Positions 34,925 through 44,635 of a DNA stretch of 49,631 bases are shown here, piece by piece. A program made the translations under genes and the position numbers. Origin of the DNA: Parcubacteria group bacterium (GTDB lineage Bacteria > Patescibacteriota > Minisyncoccia > JACQLN01); the NCBI GenBank assembly GCA_016204035.1, contig JACQLN010000022.1:1-49631 (forward strand), written 5' to 3'. The notes beneath the pieces are model-generated. The model made no database searches. It was given only the letters and a program-made list of their open reading frames with translations, and had not been told where the DNA came from. Within the stretch, counting starts at the first letter, position 1; the number at the start of each line of letters is the position of its first letter.

Positions 34925-36409
34925 ATGGAACGAATTTTAACGGCCCAAACCTCTCAAAAAAAAGGGGAAATGGTTAAAGTTTGCGGCTGGGTTGAAGCCC
35001 GCCGAGACCATGGCAAGCTTATTTTTATTGATCTTAAGGATAGGAGTGGTGTTTTACAATGCGTTTTTACGCCCGGCGATGCCGAGCTTCATAAACTGGG
35101 CGACACTCTAAGATCAAGCTGGGTGGTGGAAATAAACGGCCAAATCGCGTCGAGACCCGTGGGCATGGTTAACGCGGAAATACCGACGGGAGAAGTTGAA
35201 CTTCAGGTTTCAGAACTTAAAATTCTTAACGAATCCCAAACGCCGCCTTTCGCGCTGGATACCAATGGCCTGGAAATAGGCGAGGATTTAAGAATGAAAT
35301 ACCGCTATCTGGACTTGCGCCGCAACCGTTTGCAAAAAAACATAAGAACCCGCCATCAAATAATCCAGTTTATCCGCAATTGGCTCGCTGAAAAAGATTT
35401 TGTGGAAATAGAAACGCCGATATTAACCAAATCCACACCCGAGGGCGCGCGCGATTATGTGGTGCCCTCGCGGCTTCAACATGGTAAATTTTACGCCCTG
35501 CCCCAAGCTCCCCAGCAATACAAACAGTTGCTGATGGTGGCCGGATTTGAAAAATATTTTCAAATCGCCCGGTGTTTTAGAGACGAAGACACCCGAGGCG
35601 ACCGCCAACCGGAATTCACCCAGCTGGATTTGGAAATGTCTTTTGTTAAAAGAGAAGACGTCATGGCTCTAAATGAACGTCTTTTAATTGATTTAACTGA
35701 AAAAATATTCCCTCAAAAAAAGATACAGGAAATTCCTTTTCCCAGAATATCTTACCAAGAAGTAATGGAAAAATACGGCACCGACCGACCCGATCTAAGA
35801 ACAGATAAAAATGATCCCAATCTTTTAGCTTTCGGCTGGGTAATAGATTTTCCGTTCTTTGAAAAAACTAGAGGAAGTTCCTCGTCAAACTCGGAATCTT
35901 CAGATCCTTCGCCAAGCTCAGGATCTTCGACCTGGACTTTTACGCACAATCCTTTTTCCCGACCACGCGATGAACATATGGACTGGCTGATGAATAAAGA
36001 AAAAATAGGCGAAATATTAACCACCCAGTACGACGTGGTCCTTAACGGTTTCGAAATCGGCGGCGGCAGTATCCGCAACCATCAAGCCAAACCCTTAAAA
36101 AAGGTTTTTGAGATTATGGGTTTTGATGAAAAAAGAATCACCGATAATTTCGGCCACATGCTGGCCGCTTTAGCCAGCGGCGCCCCACCCCATGGCGGCA
36201 TTGCTTGGGGCTTGGACCGGCTAATAAGTATTTTAATGGGCGAACCCAATATTCGCGAGGTGTTTTCTTTTCCCAAAACCGGCGACGGGCGCGACCTGAT
36301 GATGAACGCGCCGTCAGAAATTAGTAAAGAGCAATTGGATGAACTGGGGTTAGAGGTTAAATATGCGAATAACGAATTCACCCGAATATTACGAAAAAAG
36401 AATTCGTAA
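34925..36409 (+). CDS. aspS: Aspartate--tRNA ligase (short form, apparently lacking the GAD insertion)
   Basis: RRDHG.LIFIDL.DR, TPEGARD, LPQ.PQ..KQ, QIARCFRDED...DRQPEFTQLD, PPHGG.A.GLDR. Confidence 0.96.
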   Translation: MERILTAQTSQKKGEMVKVCGWVEARRDHGKLIFIDLKDRSGVLQCVFTPGDAELHKLGDTLRSSWVVEINGQIASRPVGMVNAEIPTGEVELQVSELKILNESQTPPFALDTNGLEIGEDLRMKYRYLDLRRNRLQKNIRTRHQIIQFIRNWLAEKDFVEIETPILTKSTPEGARDYVVPSRLQHGKFYALPQAPQQYKQLLMVAGFEKYFQIARCFRDEDTRGDRQPEFTQLDLEMSFVKREDVMALNERLLIDLTEKIFPQKKIQEIPFPRISYQEVMEKYGTDRPDLRTDKNDPNLLAFGWVIDFPFFEKTRGSSSSNSESSDPSPSSGSSTWTFTHNPFSRPRDEHMDWLMNKEKIGEILTTQYDVVLNGFEIGGGSIRNHQAKPLKKVFEIMGFDEKRITDNFGHMLAALASGAPPHGGIAWGLDRLISILMGEPNIREVFSFPKTGDGRDLMMNAPSEISKEQLDELGLEVKYANNEFTRILRKKNS

Positions 36410-36441
36410 TATTAGAACTAATTCGCCATTCGCATATAAAT

Positions 36442-36534
36442 ATGTACAATGTTAAATTAGATCATTTTGAGGGCCCGCTGGATTTATTGCATCAACTGAT
36501 AGAATCCAAAAAACTGGAGATAACTGAAATATAA
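36442..36534 (+). pseudogene. scpA 5' stub (30 codons)
   Basis: MYNVKLDHFEGPLDLLHQLIESKKLEITEI*; 48 bp identical to 39237-39284. Confidence 0.88.
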
Positions 36535-36571
36535 AATTCTAAAGGTCACTCTTTTAGAGATTCAAGTAATT

Positions 36572-36925
36572 ATGGAAATCATCAATTTTATTTTAGGTAT
36601 TGTTCAAATAATTACATCAATTATTAGCTGGCCATTTAAGAAACTAAAATCAGCCATGAAGATTGAAAATATAAATATTAAACAAGTAGGCAACCAACTT
36701 GATGGTGTTAAAGGATTGGATGTCGACTTAGAAAATGGCGAAAAGATGAAACTCAAAAATATTAATATAGAACAGCGGACGGATTCTATGAAGAGTAGTT
36801 TCGGTATGAAAATCAAAGTATCAGGCAAACAAGAAGCAGAATTAGAAAATATAAATATCGAAACTCCCATTGGGACAGTAAAAGTTTCAAAGGGGGTTAC
36901 GATTAACAAACAACCGGAAAAGTAA
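36572..36925 (+). CDS. Hypothetical protein with repeated (I/L)(E/K)NINI motifs
   Basis: 117-aa AT-rich ORF with hydrophobic N-terminus and three NINI repeats. Confidence 0.7.
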   Translation: MEIINFILGIVQIITSIISWPFKKLKSAMKIENINIKQVGNQLDGVKGLDVDLENGEKMKLKNINIEQRTDSMKSSFGMKIKVSGKQEAELENINIETPIGTVKVSKGVTINKQPEK

Positions 36926-36935
36926 AAAAAGTACT

Positions 36936-39191
36936 ATGAAAAAATATCTCAGAATAGTCATTTCATTACTAATCATAGTAACTGGTTTAGTTTTTGTTCA
37001 AGTTACTCAGGCACAAACCGAGTGTACCCCTTTTATATATTCGGAGTGGAGTGCTTGCTCCGTTGATGCAAAACAGACGAGAACGGTATTATCGTCAGGT
37101 CCAGAGACTTGCACTGGGGGTGATCCGGTTATCAGTCAGACCTGCAAACGACCACCACCAAAAATAACCTCGATATCTCCGAGTGCTACTAATCGCAATG
37201 AAATTGTTGAGGTAATTGGTGAGAATTTTGGAGCCACTAAAGGATCATCAAGAGTGTTTGGCCCCGGTAATCGTGAACAAACAACAGGTACATGGGCGGA
37301 TACAAAAATTTCAGTCAATCCCAACAACTTTGAGGACCCGAGGGGGTTTTATCTCATGGTGGAAAGATCGCATGAATCGGAAACTTCCCCGGTTAAGAGT
37401 AATGTCTTTTCTCTTAAAATACTTCCGTGGGGTCCTCCCAAAATAACCAGTATAACGCGAAAGGTAGTTACATCGCAGGGAACTGAGGCATGGATCCACG
37501 GAGAAAATTTTGGTATGCCAAATAATCCAGATGTTTCGGTAAGTAACGCTCAAGTTTACGAAACAAATGGCACTAGTCATAAAATAGTACTTAGAGAGCA
37601 TGACGTGATCAGGGTTCTTGTTAATCTCGACGATTTGAAAAGACCAAATGGTAGAACATCTTTTTATGTAAAAGTTAAATGTCTTGACGATGAATGTTTT
37701 GGTGCCGTAGATGGACCTGATGGCAAGGACTATGTAAGTAATTCATTCTTTGTTGATGTCGCCAGTACTCCACCACCCTGTGCCACAGACACTTGGTCAT
37801 GCGGAGATTGGAATACTTGCTCAATTTCTGGTTCACAAACCAGGACATGCAACAAAACTTTTGATTGTCCGTCTGTCGATACGACATCACCAGTAACTTC
37901 ACAAAGTTGCACACCACCCTCTCCCTCCTGTACGACTGATACATGGGATTGTAATGAATGGAGTGTTTGCTCTGCGAATGGAAATCAAAGCAGGGCCTGT
38001 ACAAAAACTTTTGATTGCCAAACTGTCAATACTCCTTCACCCGCAATATCCCAAAGCTGTACGCCACCACCTGTGTATCAACCACCACAGCCAACTTGCG
38101 ATGCTGACACATGGACTTGTGGCGATTGGAATTCTTGCTCACTTTCCGGAGTGCAAAGTAGGAGTTGCAGGAAAACTTTTGACTGCGCCAATGTAGAAAC
38201 GGCACCGCCGTCAACCGATCAGTATTGCGAGGCGCCGAATAGACCCGCACAACAGATACCGCAAAATAGTTCTGATGAAATCTCAAATCAAGATGCCATA
38301 ATCAAATCAACGGTTAAGCTTTTGTGTCCCGTTGATGCACAAAGAGCCAGTCAGGGCTCTGGTACGATTATTGATTCTAACGGGACTATTTTAACTAACA
38401 AGCATGTTATTGCAGGTACTTTAGGTTGCTTGGTTGGATTTATAAATGATTTTAATGATGAGCCATATTTTGGAGACAGACATATAGCTGATATTACAAA
38501 AATCTCACCTAATCAAGATATTGCCATTCTAAAAATCAGAAATCCTCAAAATAAAAATCTGACAAGCGTTAATATAACAAAAGGCAGTAGTAATCTTCGC
38601 TTAGGTACTAAGGTTACTACATACGGCTTCCCTGCGAAATTTGGCACGAAAGTTACATACACAAGCGGAGATTTTAGTGGTACTGATGGAAGTTACATCA
38701 AGACAACTGCCATATTGGAGTATGGAAATTCTGGCGGAGGAGCATATCTTAAAGACGGAACATTTATAGGTATACCTTCCGCGGTGGTTAAGGGCGAGTT
38801 AAACGCACTTGGGTATATATTATCTATCAATACAATCAATTCTTGGTTGGGTAATTCCAGCACTGCTTATGGCGGCACGAGCAATAATAATTATTCAAGG
38901 GTTTCTGTTTTGGAAGATATAGATCTCAAAAAACTTGGCTCTCTAAAATTATTCATTCCTGATACAGATACCAAGGGCAACCTTGCAACCCCAACAACAA
39001 GTCAAAATACGCAAAAGACCACAAACCAACCAAAAATTAACCAAACACAAAAAGAATCGATCGTTATCGTGCCCGCTGATACAAATCAAAAAGTAAATCC
39101 AGAACGGAATAACCTAAAACAATCAGAAAGTGTGCAAAAAATAAAAGAATTACCAAAAAGATTTTATCGTTGGTTGAGAAATCTATTTTAG
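36936..39191 (+). CDS. Secreted trypsin-like (S1) serine protease with Ig/IPT-like domains and thrombospondin-like Cys repeats
   Basis: Signal peptide; two P.ITSI...GENFG units; three C..DTW.C..W..CS..G.Q.R.C.KTFDC repeats; TNKHV, DIA, GNSGG triad. Confidence 0.85.
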   Translation: MKKYLRIVISLLIIVTGLVFVQVTQAQTECTPFIYSEWSACSVDAKQTRTVLSSGPETCTGGDPVISQTCKRPPPKITSISPSATNRNEIVEVIGENFGATKGSSRVFGPGNREQTTGTWADTKISVNPNNFEDPRGFYLMVERSHESETSPVKSNVFSLKILPWGPPKITSITRKVVTSQGTEAWIHGENFGMPNNPDVSVSNAQVYETNGTSHKIVLREHDVIRVLVNLDDLKRPNGRTSFYVKVKCLDDECFGAVDGPDGKDYVSNSFFVDVASTPPPCATDTWSCGDWNTCSISGSQTRTCNKTFDCPSVDTTSPVTSQSCTPPSPSCTTDTWDCNEWSVCSANGNQSRACTKTFDCQTVNTPSPAISQSCTPPPVYQPPQPTCDADTWTCGDWNSCSLSGVQSRSCRKTFDCANVETAPPSTDQYCEAPNRPAQQIPQNSSDEISNQDAIIKSTVKLLCPVDAQRASQGSGTIIDSNGTILTNKHVIAGTLGCLVGFINDFNDEPYFGDRHIADITKISPNQDIAILKIRNPQNKNLTSVNITKGSSNLRLGTKVTTYGFPAKFGTKVTYTSGDFSGTDGSYIKTTAILEYGNSGGGAYLKDGTFIGIPSAVVKGELNALGYILSINTINSWLGNSSTAYGGTSNNNYSRVSVLEDIDLKKLGSLKLFIPDTDTKGNLATPTTSQNTQKTTNQPKINQTQKESIVIVPADTNQKVNPERNNLKQSESVQKIKELPKRFYRWLRNLF

Positions 39192-39212
39192 TCATATGAA
39201 ACTGTAAAAAAT

Positions 39213-39920
39213 ATGTACCACATCAAACTGGAAAAATTTGAGGGCCCGCTGGATTTATTGCATCAACTGATAGAATCCAAAAAATTGGAAATTACGGAAA
39301 TTTCTTTGGCCGAAGTGGCCGATCAATTTCTGGGCTACCTTAAAAATTCAAAACGTCTGGCTCTGGAAGATTTGGCCGATTTTTTGAACGTAGCCGGAAG
39401 ATTATGCTTAATAAAATCCCGGGCTTTGCTGCCATTTCTACAGTTAACCGAGGCGGAAGAAAAAGACGTCCAAAACTTAAAAGAACAGCTGGTTGAATAT
39501 CAAAAATACAAGGAACTGGCGGGGCTTTTGGGCCGGTTAGACAGAAAAGCCGACCGAATCTACGCTCGGGCTTACTTGGCCGCGCTGGAACCGATTTTTT
39601 ATTTTCCTAAAAAACTAACAGGGGAATCTTTGGCGGGTTCGCTGGAAAACTTGATTCACACCCTGACTTTGCCCCAAAGAATACCCCAAGCCCAAATGGT
39701 TTCTAAAATATCGTTGGCACAGAAACTGGAAGAAATACGAAATAAAATAAAAGAGAAAATGGAACTTAATTTTTTCCAAATAACCGACCCTAAAAACCCC
39801 GAAGAAAAAGTGGTGGCTTTTATGGCTGTGTTAGAATTATTAAAACGTTCCCAAATTTCGGCAGAACAAAAAATCAATTTTGAAGACATAAAATTAAAAT
39901 GGCTGATACAAGAGTGTTAA
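39213..39920 (+). CDS. scpA: Segregation/condensation protein A
   Basis: FEGPLDLL..LI, IKSR.LLP, F.A.LEL. Confidence 0.95.
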   Translation: MYHIKLEKFEGPLDLLHQLIESKKLEITEISLAEVADQFLGYLKNSKRLALEDLADFLNVAGRLCLIKSRALLPFLQLTEAEEKDVQNLKEQLVEYQKYKELAGLLGRLDRKADRIYARAYLAALEPIFYFPKKLTGESLAGSLENLIHTLTLPQRIPQAQMVSKISLAQKLEEIRNKIKEKMELNFFQITDPKNPEEKVVAFMAVLELLKRSQISAEQKINFEDIKLKWLIQEC

Positions 39921-40450
39921 AAAATACGGAACAGATCCTGGAAGGGATTCTTTTCGCTTACGGCGAGCCGCTAAGCTTGAAAAAACTGGCCGAGATCACT
40001 AAAAAACCGGCTTCGGAAATCAGTTTGGCTTTAACCAACCTTAAGAAAACTTTAGAATCAAGGGGTATCCGGCTTATCTTAAAAGACACCATTTGCCAGC
40101 TGGCAGCCGATAAGTCGTCTTCAAGCTATATAGAAAAGCTGGTGCAAAGCGAAATGAAAGAAGAACTGACTCCGGCCAGTTTAGAGGTGTTATCCATAAC
40201 GGCCTACCGCGGGCCGGTTTCTAAAAGCGAAATTGAAACCATAAGAGGCGTTAATTCCGGATACGCTTTAAGAAATTTAACCCTGCGCGGTTTAGTGGAA
40301 AAAAATGAAACCGTTAAACCGCATCTTTTTAATATATCGCTAGCCGCTTTAAGAAAACTGGGCTTAACCGCGGCCGAAGAACTGCCCCGTTATTTAGAAT
40401 TAAATCAGGAAATCAAAAAAACAGAAACAGTCCTGTTTGATAAACCGTAA
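39899..40450 (+). CDS. scpB: Segregation/condensation protein B
   Basis: LE.ILF..GEP, LEVLSI.AYRGP....IE.IRGVNS. Confidence 0.95.
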   Translation: MADTRVLKNTEQILEGILFAYGEPLSLKKLAEITKKPASEISLALTNLKKTLESRGIRLILKDTICQLAADKSSSSYIEKLVQSEMKEELTPASLEVLSITAYRGPVSKSEIETIRGVNSGYALRNLTLRGLVEKNETVKPHLFNISLAALRKLGLTAAEELPRYLELNQEIKKTETVLFDKP

Positions 40451-40454
40451 CATT

Positions 40455-41441
40455 ATGAATTCCACCCTGGTTACCATTATTATTTCTTTCGCCGTCTTGC
40501 CTTTAGTTGTTTTATCTTACCAATTAGGCACGCCCCAAGCCCTGGGCCAATCCAGCATCGGCGAATATTTTAGCCAACCGGCTTTGGCACCGGCCCAAAA
40601 ACAAGAACCTAAAAAAGTTTTGCCTCGCCGCAATTTAGAAGTTGCGGATCTGGCTATTGATTCAACCGAAGCGCTGGCCTGGGATTTTAAGCAAAATATA
40701 ACTTTATTTTCCAAAAATTCCAATTTAACCCGACCGATCGCTTCGCTGACAAAACTGGTAACCGCGGCGGTGGCGCTGGATTACACCCAACCGCAGGAAA
40801 GTGTGGCGGTTTCATTAAGAGCGGTTAAAACCGAAGGCAATAGCGGTAATTTAAGAGAAGGCGAGATCCTTACGGTTTACGATCTTTTAGCCGCCGCGCT
40901 TTTAGAATCTTCCAACGACGCCGCTTACGCTTTAGCGGAATACACCGGCAATAAAATAGCCCCCAGCCAGGAACCGCCTATTGATCCGGTTAAGGTTTTT
41001 ATAAAATCAATGAACCAAAAATTCAACGATCTGGGTTTGGTTCACACTAATTTTGAGGATCCCAGCGGCTTGGAAGACAAAATATCTTTCAGCACAGCCG
41101 AAGATTTTTCCCAGTTTATAAAATATCTGCGCGACAACCCCAACTATCTGCCTATTTGGGAAATTCTTAAAATGCCCGGTTATCAAACAGAATCTCAAAA
41201 TAGCATCGCGGCGCACGAGTTTAAAAATACCAATCCTTTCTTGCTGGAATTTAGCGGGGTTATCGGCGGCAAAACCGGCTACACGCCCAAAGCTTTAGGT
41301 AATATGATGTTGATTATGGCCGGTCCCAACAACACCGAAATAATATATTTGGTTTTAGGTTCCGTGGATAGGTTTGGCGATATTAGAAAAGTGGTTAACT
41401 GGGTCAACCAAGCCTGGGTTTGGCCTCAGGAAAAACAATAA
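40455..41441 (+). CDS. D-alanyl-D-alanine carboxypeptidase (peptidase S11)
   Basis: PIASLTK (SxxK), SSND (SxN), GGKTG. Confidence 0.92.
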   Translation: MNSTLVTIIISFAVLPLVVLSYQLGTPQALGQSSIGEYFSQPALAPAQKQEPKKVLPRRNLEVADLAIDSTEALAWDFKQNITLFSKNSNLTRPIASLTKLVTAAVALDYTQPQESVAVSLRAVKTEGNSGNLREGEILTVYDLLAAALLESSNDAAYALAEYTGNKIAPSQEPPIDPVKVFIKSMNQKFNDLGLVHTNFEDPSGLEDKISFSTAEDFSQFIKYLRDNPNYLPIWEILKMPGYQTESQNSIAAHEFKNTNPFLLEFSGVIGGKTGYTPKALGNMMLIMAGPNNTEIIYLVLGSVDRFGDIRKVVNWVNQAWVWPQEKQ

Positions 41442-41572
41442 ATCTTAATAAACAGTTTAGCGTTAAGGGGTAACGAAGCCCGTATCGTCTAAAGTCAAAC
41501 GTTTAACGTAACCGCCTTACGAAATGGGCCTCGTAACCTTTAGACGTTTTGATGGTCTGGAATTTGTAAATT

Positions 41573-42619
41573 ATGGACGAAACAACTTTTCAAATAGTGC
41601 GCATATTAACTTTATCTTTCGGCGCTTTTGCTTTGTCTATTTTCCTTACGCCTTGGTGGACCAACATACTCTATAAATACCGCCTAGGCAAACAAATACG
41701 CACCGAGGGCGCGCCGGTGTTCACTGCTTTGCATAAAGGCAAAGAAGGCACGCCGACCATGGGCGGGGTAATAATCTGGCTAACTTTATTGGTATTGATT
41801 TTGGCTTTGGCTTTAGCCGAAAAATTCCTGCCGGGCAGTTTTGCGGCTAAATTTAATTTTCTTTCCCGGGCGCAAACTTTGTTGCCGCTGGGCGTGCTTA
41901 TGCTTTCAGCCGTTATTGGATTGGGCGACGACCTTTTGGGGGTTTTTAGAATCGGCCCCAAAGGCGGCGGACTTAAAATGAGGCACCGCTTGATACTTTA
42001 TACCGCCGTGGCTATAGTGGGCGCCTTATGGTTTTATTACAAATTGGATTGGACAGTTGTGAAAGTACCTTTTTTGGGCATATTTGATATTAACGGCTGG
42101 TACATACCTTTTGCCATATTTATAATTGTGGCCACTTCTTTTTCGGTCAACGAATCCGACGGTTTGGACGGCCTGGCCGGCGGTTTAATGTTAACCGCTT
42201 TTGCCGGCTACGGCCTGGTGGCTTTTTTTGAGGCCAGATACGATCTCGCCGTTTTTTGCGCCGTAATTGCCGGGGCTTTGCTTTCTTTTTTATGGTTTAA
42301 CATCCACCCGGCCAGATTTTTTATGGGCGACACCGGAGCCATGCCGCTAGGCGTAACTTTAGCCGTTATCGCCCTGTTAACCAATGCCGCTTTGGTCTTG
42401 CCGCTTTTAGCTTTTGTGCCTATGGTGGAATCCGCTTCGGTGATTATACAAGTGTTAAGCAAGAAATTGCGCCGCGGCAAAAAAATTTTTCTTTCCTCTC
42501 CCATTCATCACCATTTTCAGGCCAGGGGCTGGCCCGAAACCAAAGTTACCGAAAGATTTTGGATTATTTCCAGCGTTATGGCCGCTTTAGGCATTATTGT
42601 TCAACTTTTAGGCCGATAA
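41573..42619 (+). CDS. mraY: Phospho-N-acetylmuramoyl-pentapeptide transferase
   Basis: K.GTPTMGG, N..DGLDGL, FMGDTG, PIHHHF...GWPE. Confidence 0.97.
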   Translation: MDETTFQIVRILTLSFGAFALSIFLTPWWTNILYKYRLGKQIRTEGAPVFTALHKGKEGTPTMGGVIIWLTLLVLILALALAEKFLPGSFAAKFNFLSRAQTLLPLGVLMLSAVIGLGDDLLGVFRIGPKGGGLKMRHRLILYTAVAIVGALWFYYKLDWTVVKVPFLGIFDINGWYIPFAIFIIVATSFSVNESDGLDGLAGGLMLTAFAGYGLVAFFEARYDLAVFCAVIAGALLSFLWFNIHPARFFMGDTGAMPLGVTLAVIALLTNAALVLPLLAFVPMVESASVIIQVLSKKLRRGKKIFLSSPIHHHFQARGWPETKVTERFWIISSVMAALGIIVQLLGR

Positions 42620-42734
42620 CTCAACGGCTCAACGCTGTTGAGCCGTTTCTATAGAGGCGAAACCTCTATAGAACAGGGTATCCTGAATTTACGATCGTAA
42701 GATTGAGTATAAAATATATGGTAAAATTATATCA

Positions 42735-44309
42735 ATGGCGTTTGATATTATTATAAAAAACGGCACAGTGGTGAATGGCACGGGCCAGCCGAGTTATAAA
42801 GCCGATATAGGTATAACCGGCGATAAAATTTTTGATATTGGAAATTTAACTAAAGCCAAAGCTAAAACCGAAATAGACGCTTCGGGGCAAGTGGTCGCGC
42901 CCGGTTTTATAGACGTTCAAAATCATTCCGACAGTTACGGCGGTATTTTGCGCGACAGCCATTTGGAAAGTCTGGTAAGGCAGGGTATAACCACTATTTT
43001 GGTGGGCCAGTGCGGATCATCTTTGGCGCCCTTATTAAAAGGCTCGCTGGCTTCCATACAGAAATGGGCCAATATTGAAGGTATAAATGTAAACTGGAAA
43101 AGCGCGGCCGAGTTTTTTGAGACCATGTCGCGCCGCGGGCTCGGCGTTAATTTAGCCACTTTAGCGGGTCATGCCACGCTACGCCGAGATTTTATAGGCG
43201 ACGTTTCCCGCCCGTTAAGCCCCAAAGAAGAACTGCAGATGATGTCTTTATTAAAACGGTCGCTTCAGGAAGGCGCTTGGGGGGTTTCCATTGGTTTGGC
43301 CTATACCCACGAACGCCTAGCGGCCGAAGAAGAAATCCACCGCCTGTTAAAAGTGGCGCGTAATTATAACGGCGTGGTTTCTTTCCATTTAAGAAACGAG
43401 GGCGCCGAAATTTTTTCATCCATCAACGAGGTTTTCGGCTTTTTAAGGCATACGCCGGTAAAATCTAAAATCAGCCACTTAAAAATATTGGGTGAAAAAA
43501 ATCCCGTCGCCGCCGAAAAACTTTTACGGATGCTGGAAGTGGCTTCGCGGGACGGCTTGTCCGCGTATTTTGATATTTATCCTTACACCGCCTCGGCCGT
43601 GGTGCTATATCTTTTACTGCCGGAATGGGCCACTCTGGGCGGCAAAAACGATCTGATTAAAAAAATAAAAAACAAGAATATTCGGGCCGACATCGCGCGC
43701 GATCTGGAAACTAAAAATTATCCTTACGATAAAATCACCATCGCTTCTACGGCGTTGGGGCAAAATTTTACCGGCCGGACGCTAGCCCAAATAGCCCAAG
43801 ATCAAAACACCAGCGCCCCCGAAGCCGTTTTGAATCTGATATTGGCGGCTCGCGACCAAGTTACGGTTTTCTGGCACGGCTTGGATGAAAACATTTTAGA
43901 CAACCTTATTAAACACCCCCACGCCATGATCGCCACCGATGGCGCCGGTTATGGCCCCAACGACCGCTTTTCCAAGCAAGTGCCTCATCCGCGTTCTTTC
44001 GGCGCCACCGCGCGGGTTTTGGAAAAATATGTCCGGGAAAGAAAAATCATAAACTTAGAAACGGCTGTTTATAAAATGACGGCTATGCCGGCCGGCTGGA
44101 TGGGTCTTAATAACCGAGGCACGCTAGCCAAAAATAATTTTGCCGACGTGGTTGTTTTTGATCCTCAAAATATAAAAGACTTGGCTACTTACGAAAATCC
44201 TTTCAAACATCCGGCGGGCATAAATCAAGTTATTATAAACGGACAATTCGCCGTTAAAAACGGCCAGTATCAAAACATGCTGGCCGGAAGGACGCTGCGG
44301 AGAATATAG
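42735..44309 (+). CDS. N-acyl-D-amino-acid deacylase family amidohydrolase
   Basis: PGFIDVQNHSD, H.RNE, SHLK, YPYTA, HPR.FG; first metal His replaced by Gln. Confidence 0.88.
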   Translation: MAFDIIIKNGTVVNGTGQPSYKADIGITGDKIFDIGNLTKAKAKTEIDASGQVVAPGFIDVQNHSDSYGGILRDSHLESLVRQGITTILVGQCGSSLAPLLKGSLASIQKWANIEGINVNWKSAAEFFETMSRRGLGVNLATLAGHATLRRDFIGDVSRPLSPKEELQMMSLLKRSLQEGAWGVSIGLAYTHERLAAEEEIHRLLKVARNYNGVVSFHLRNEGAEIFSSINEVFGFLRHTPVKSKISHLKILGEKNPVAAEKLLRMLEVASRDGLSAYFDIYPYTASAVVLYLLLPEWATLGGKNDLIKKIKNKNIRADIARDLETKNYPYDKITIASTALGQNFTGRTLAQIAQDQNTSAPEAVLNLILAARDQVTVFWHGLDENILDNLIKHPHAMIATDGAGYGPNDRFSKQVPHPRSFGATARVLEKYVRERKIINLETAVYKMTAMPAGWMGLNNRGTLAKNNFADVVVFDPQNIKDLATYENPFKHPAGINQVIINGQFAVKNGQYQNMLAGRTLRRI

Positions 44310-44345
44310 CGTTATGAAGGCAAGGTTTCCGTTTTCGCCAAAGAA

Positions 44346-44446
44346 GAGAAACATCGCCCCGAACTGCCCTCATGGAGAAGACTTTAATGTTTTTAAGATG
44401 AGAGGCTCCGTGACAGGCAGTGAGGGGTGATGTTTCTTGAATGTAA
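44346..44446 (+). repeat. Structured intergenic repeat, family B copy 2
   Basis: Stem GAGAAACATCGCCCC/GGGGTGATGTTTCTT enclosing GAAC...GTGA; covaries with copy 1. Confidence 0.8.
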
Positions 44447-44635
44447 GCGAACAAACCCTCTCGTTACGCTCGAATCCCCAGCGTGGCTTCTCGCTGATGC
44501 GTCGGCCTCACTCGCTCCGACTAAAGTCGGAGCACCCTGCCCGTTCGGCCGACGAATCAACTTGAGGGTTTGTTTGTTTTGTTAAAAAACTTGCCGGAAT
44601 TTGAGTAGCTTTATAACAAGGAATTTTGCCCGACT

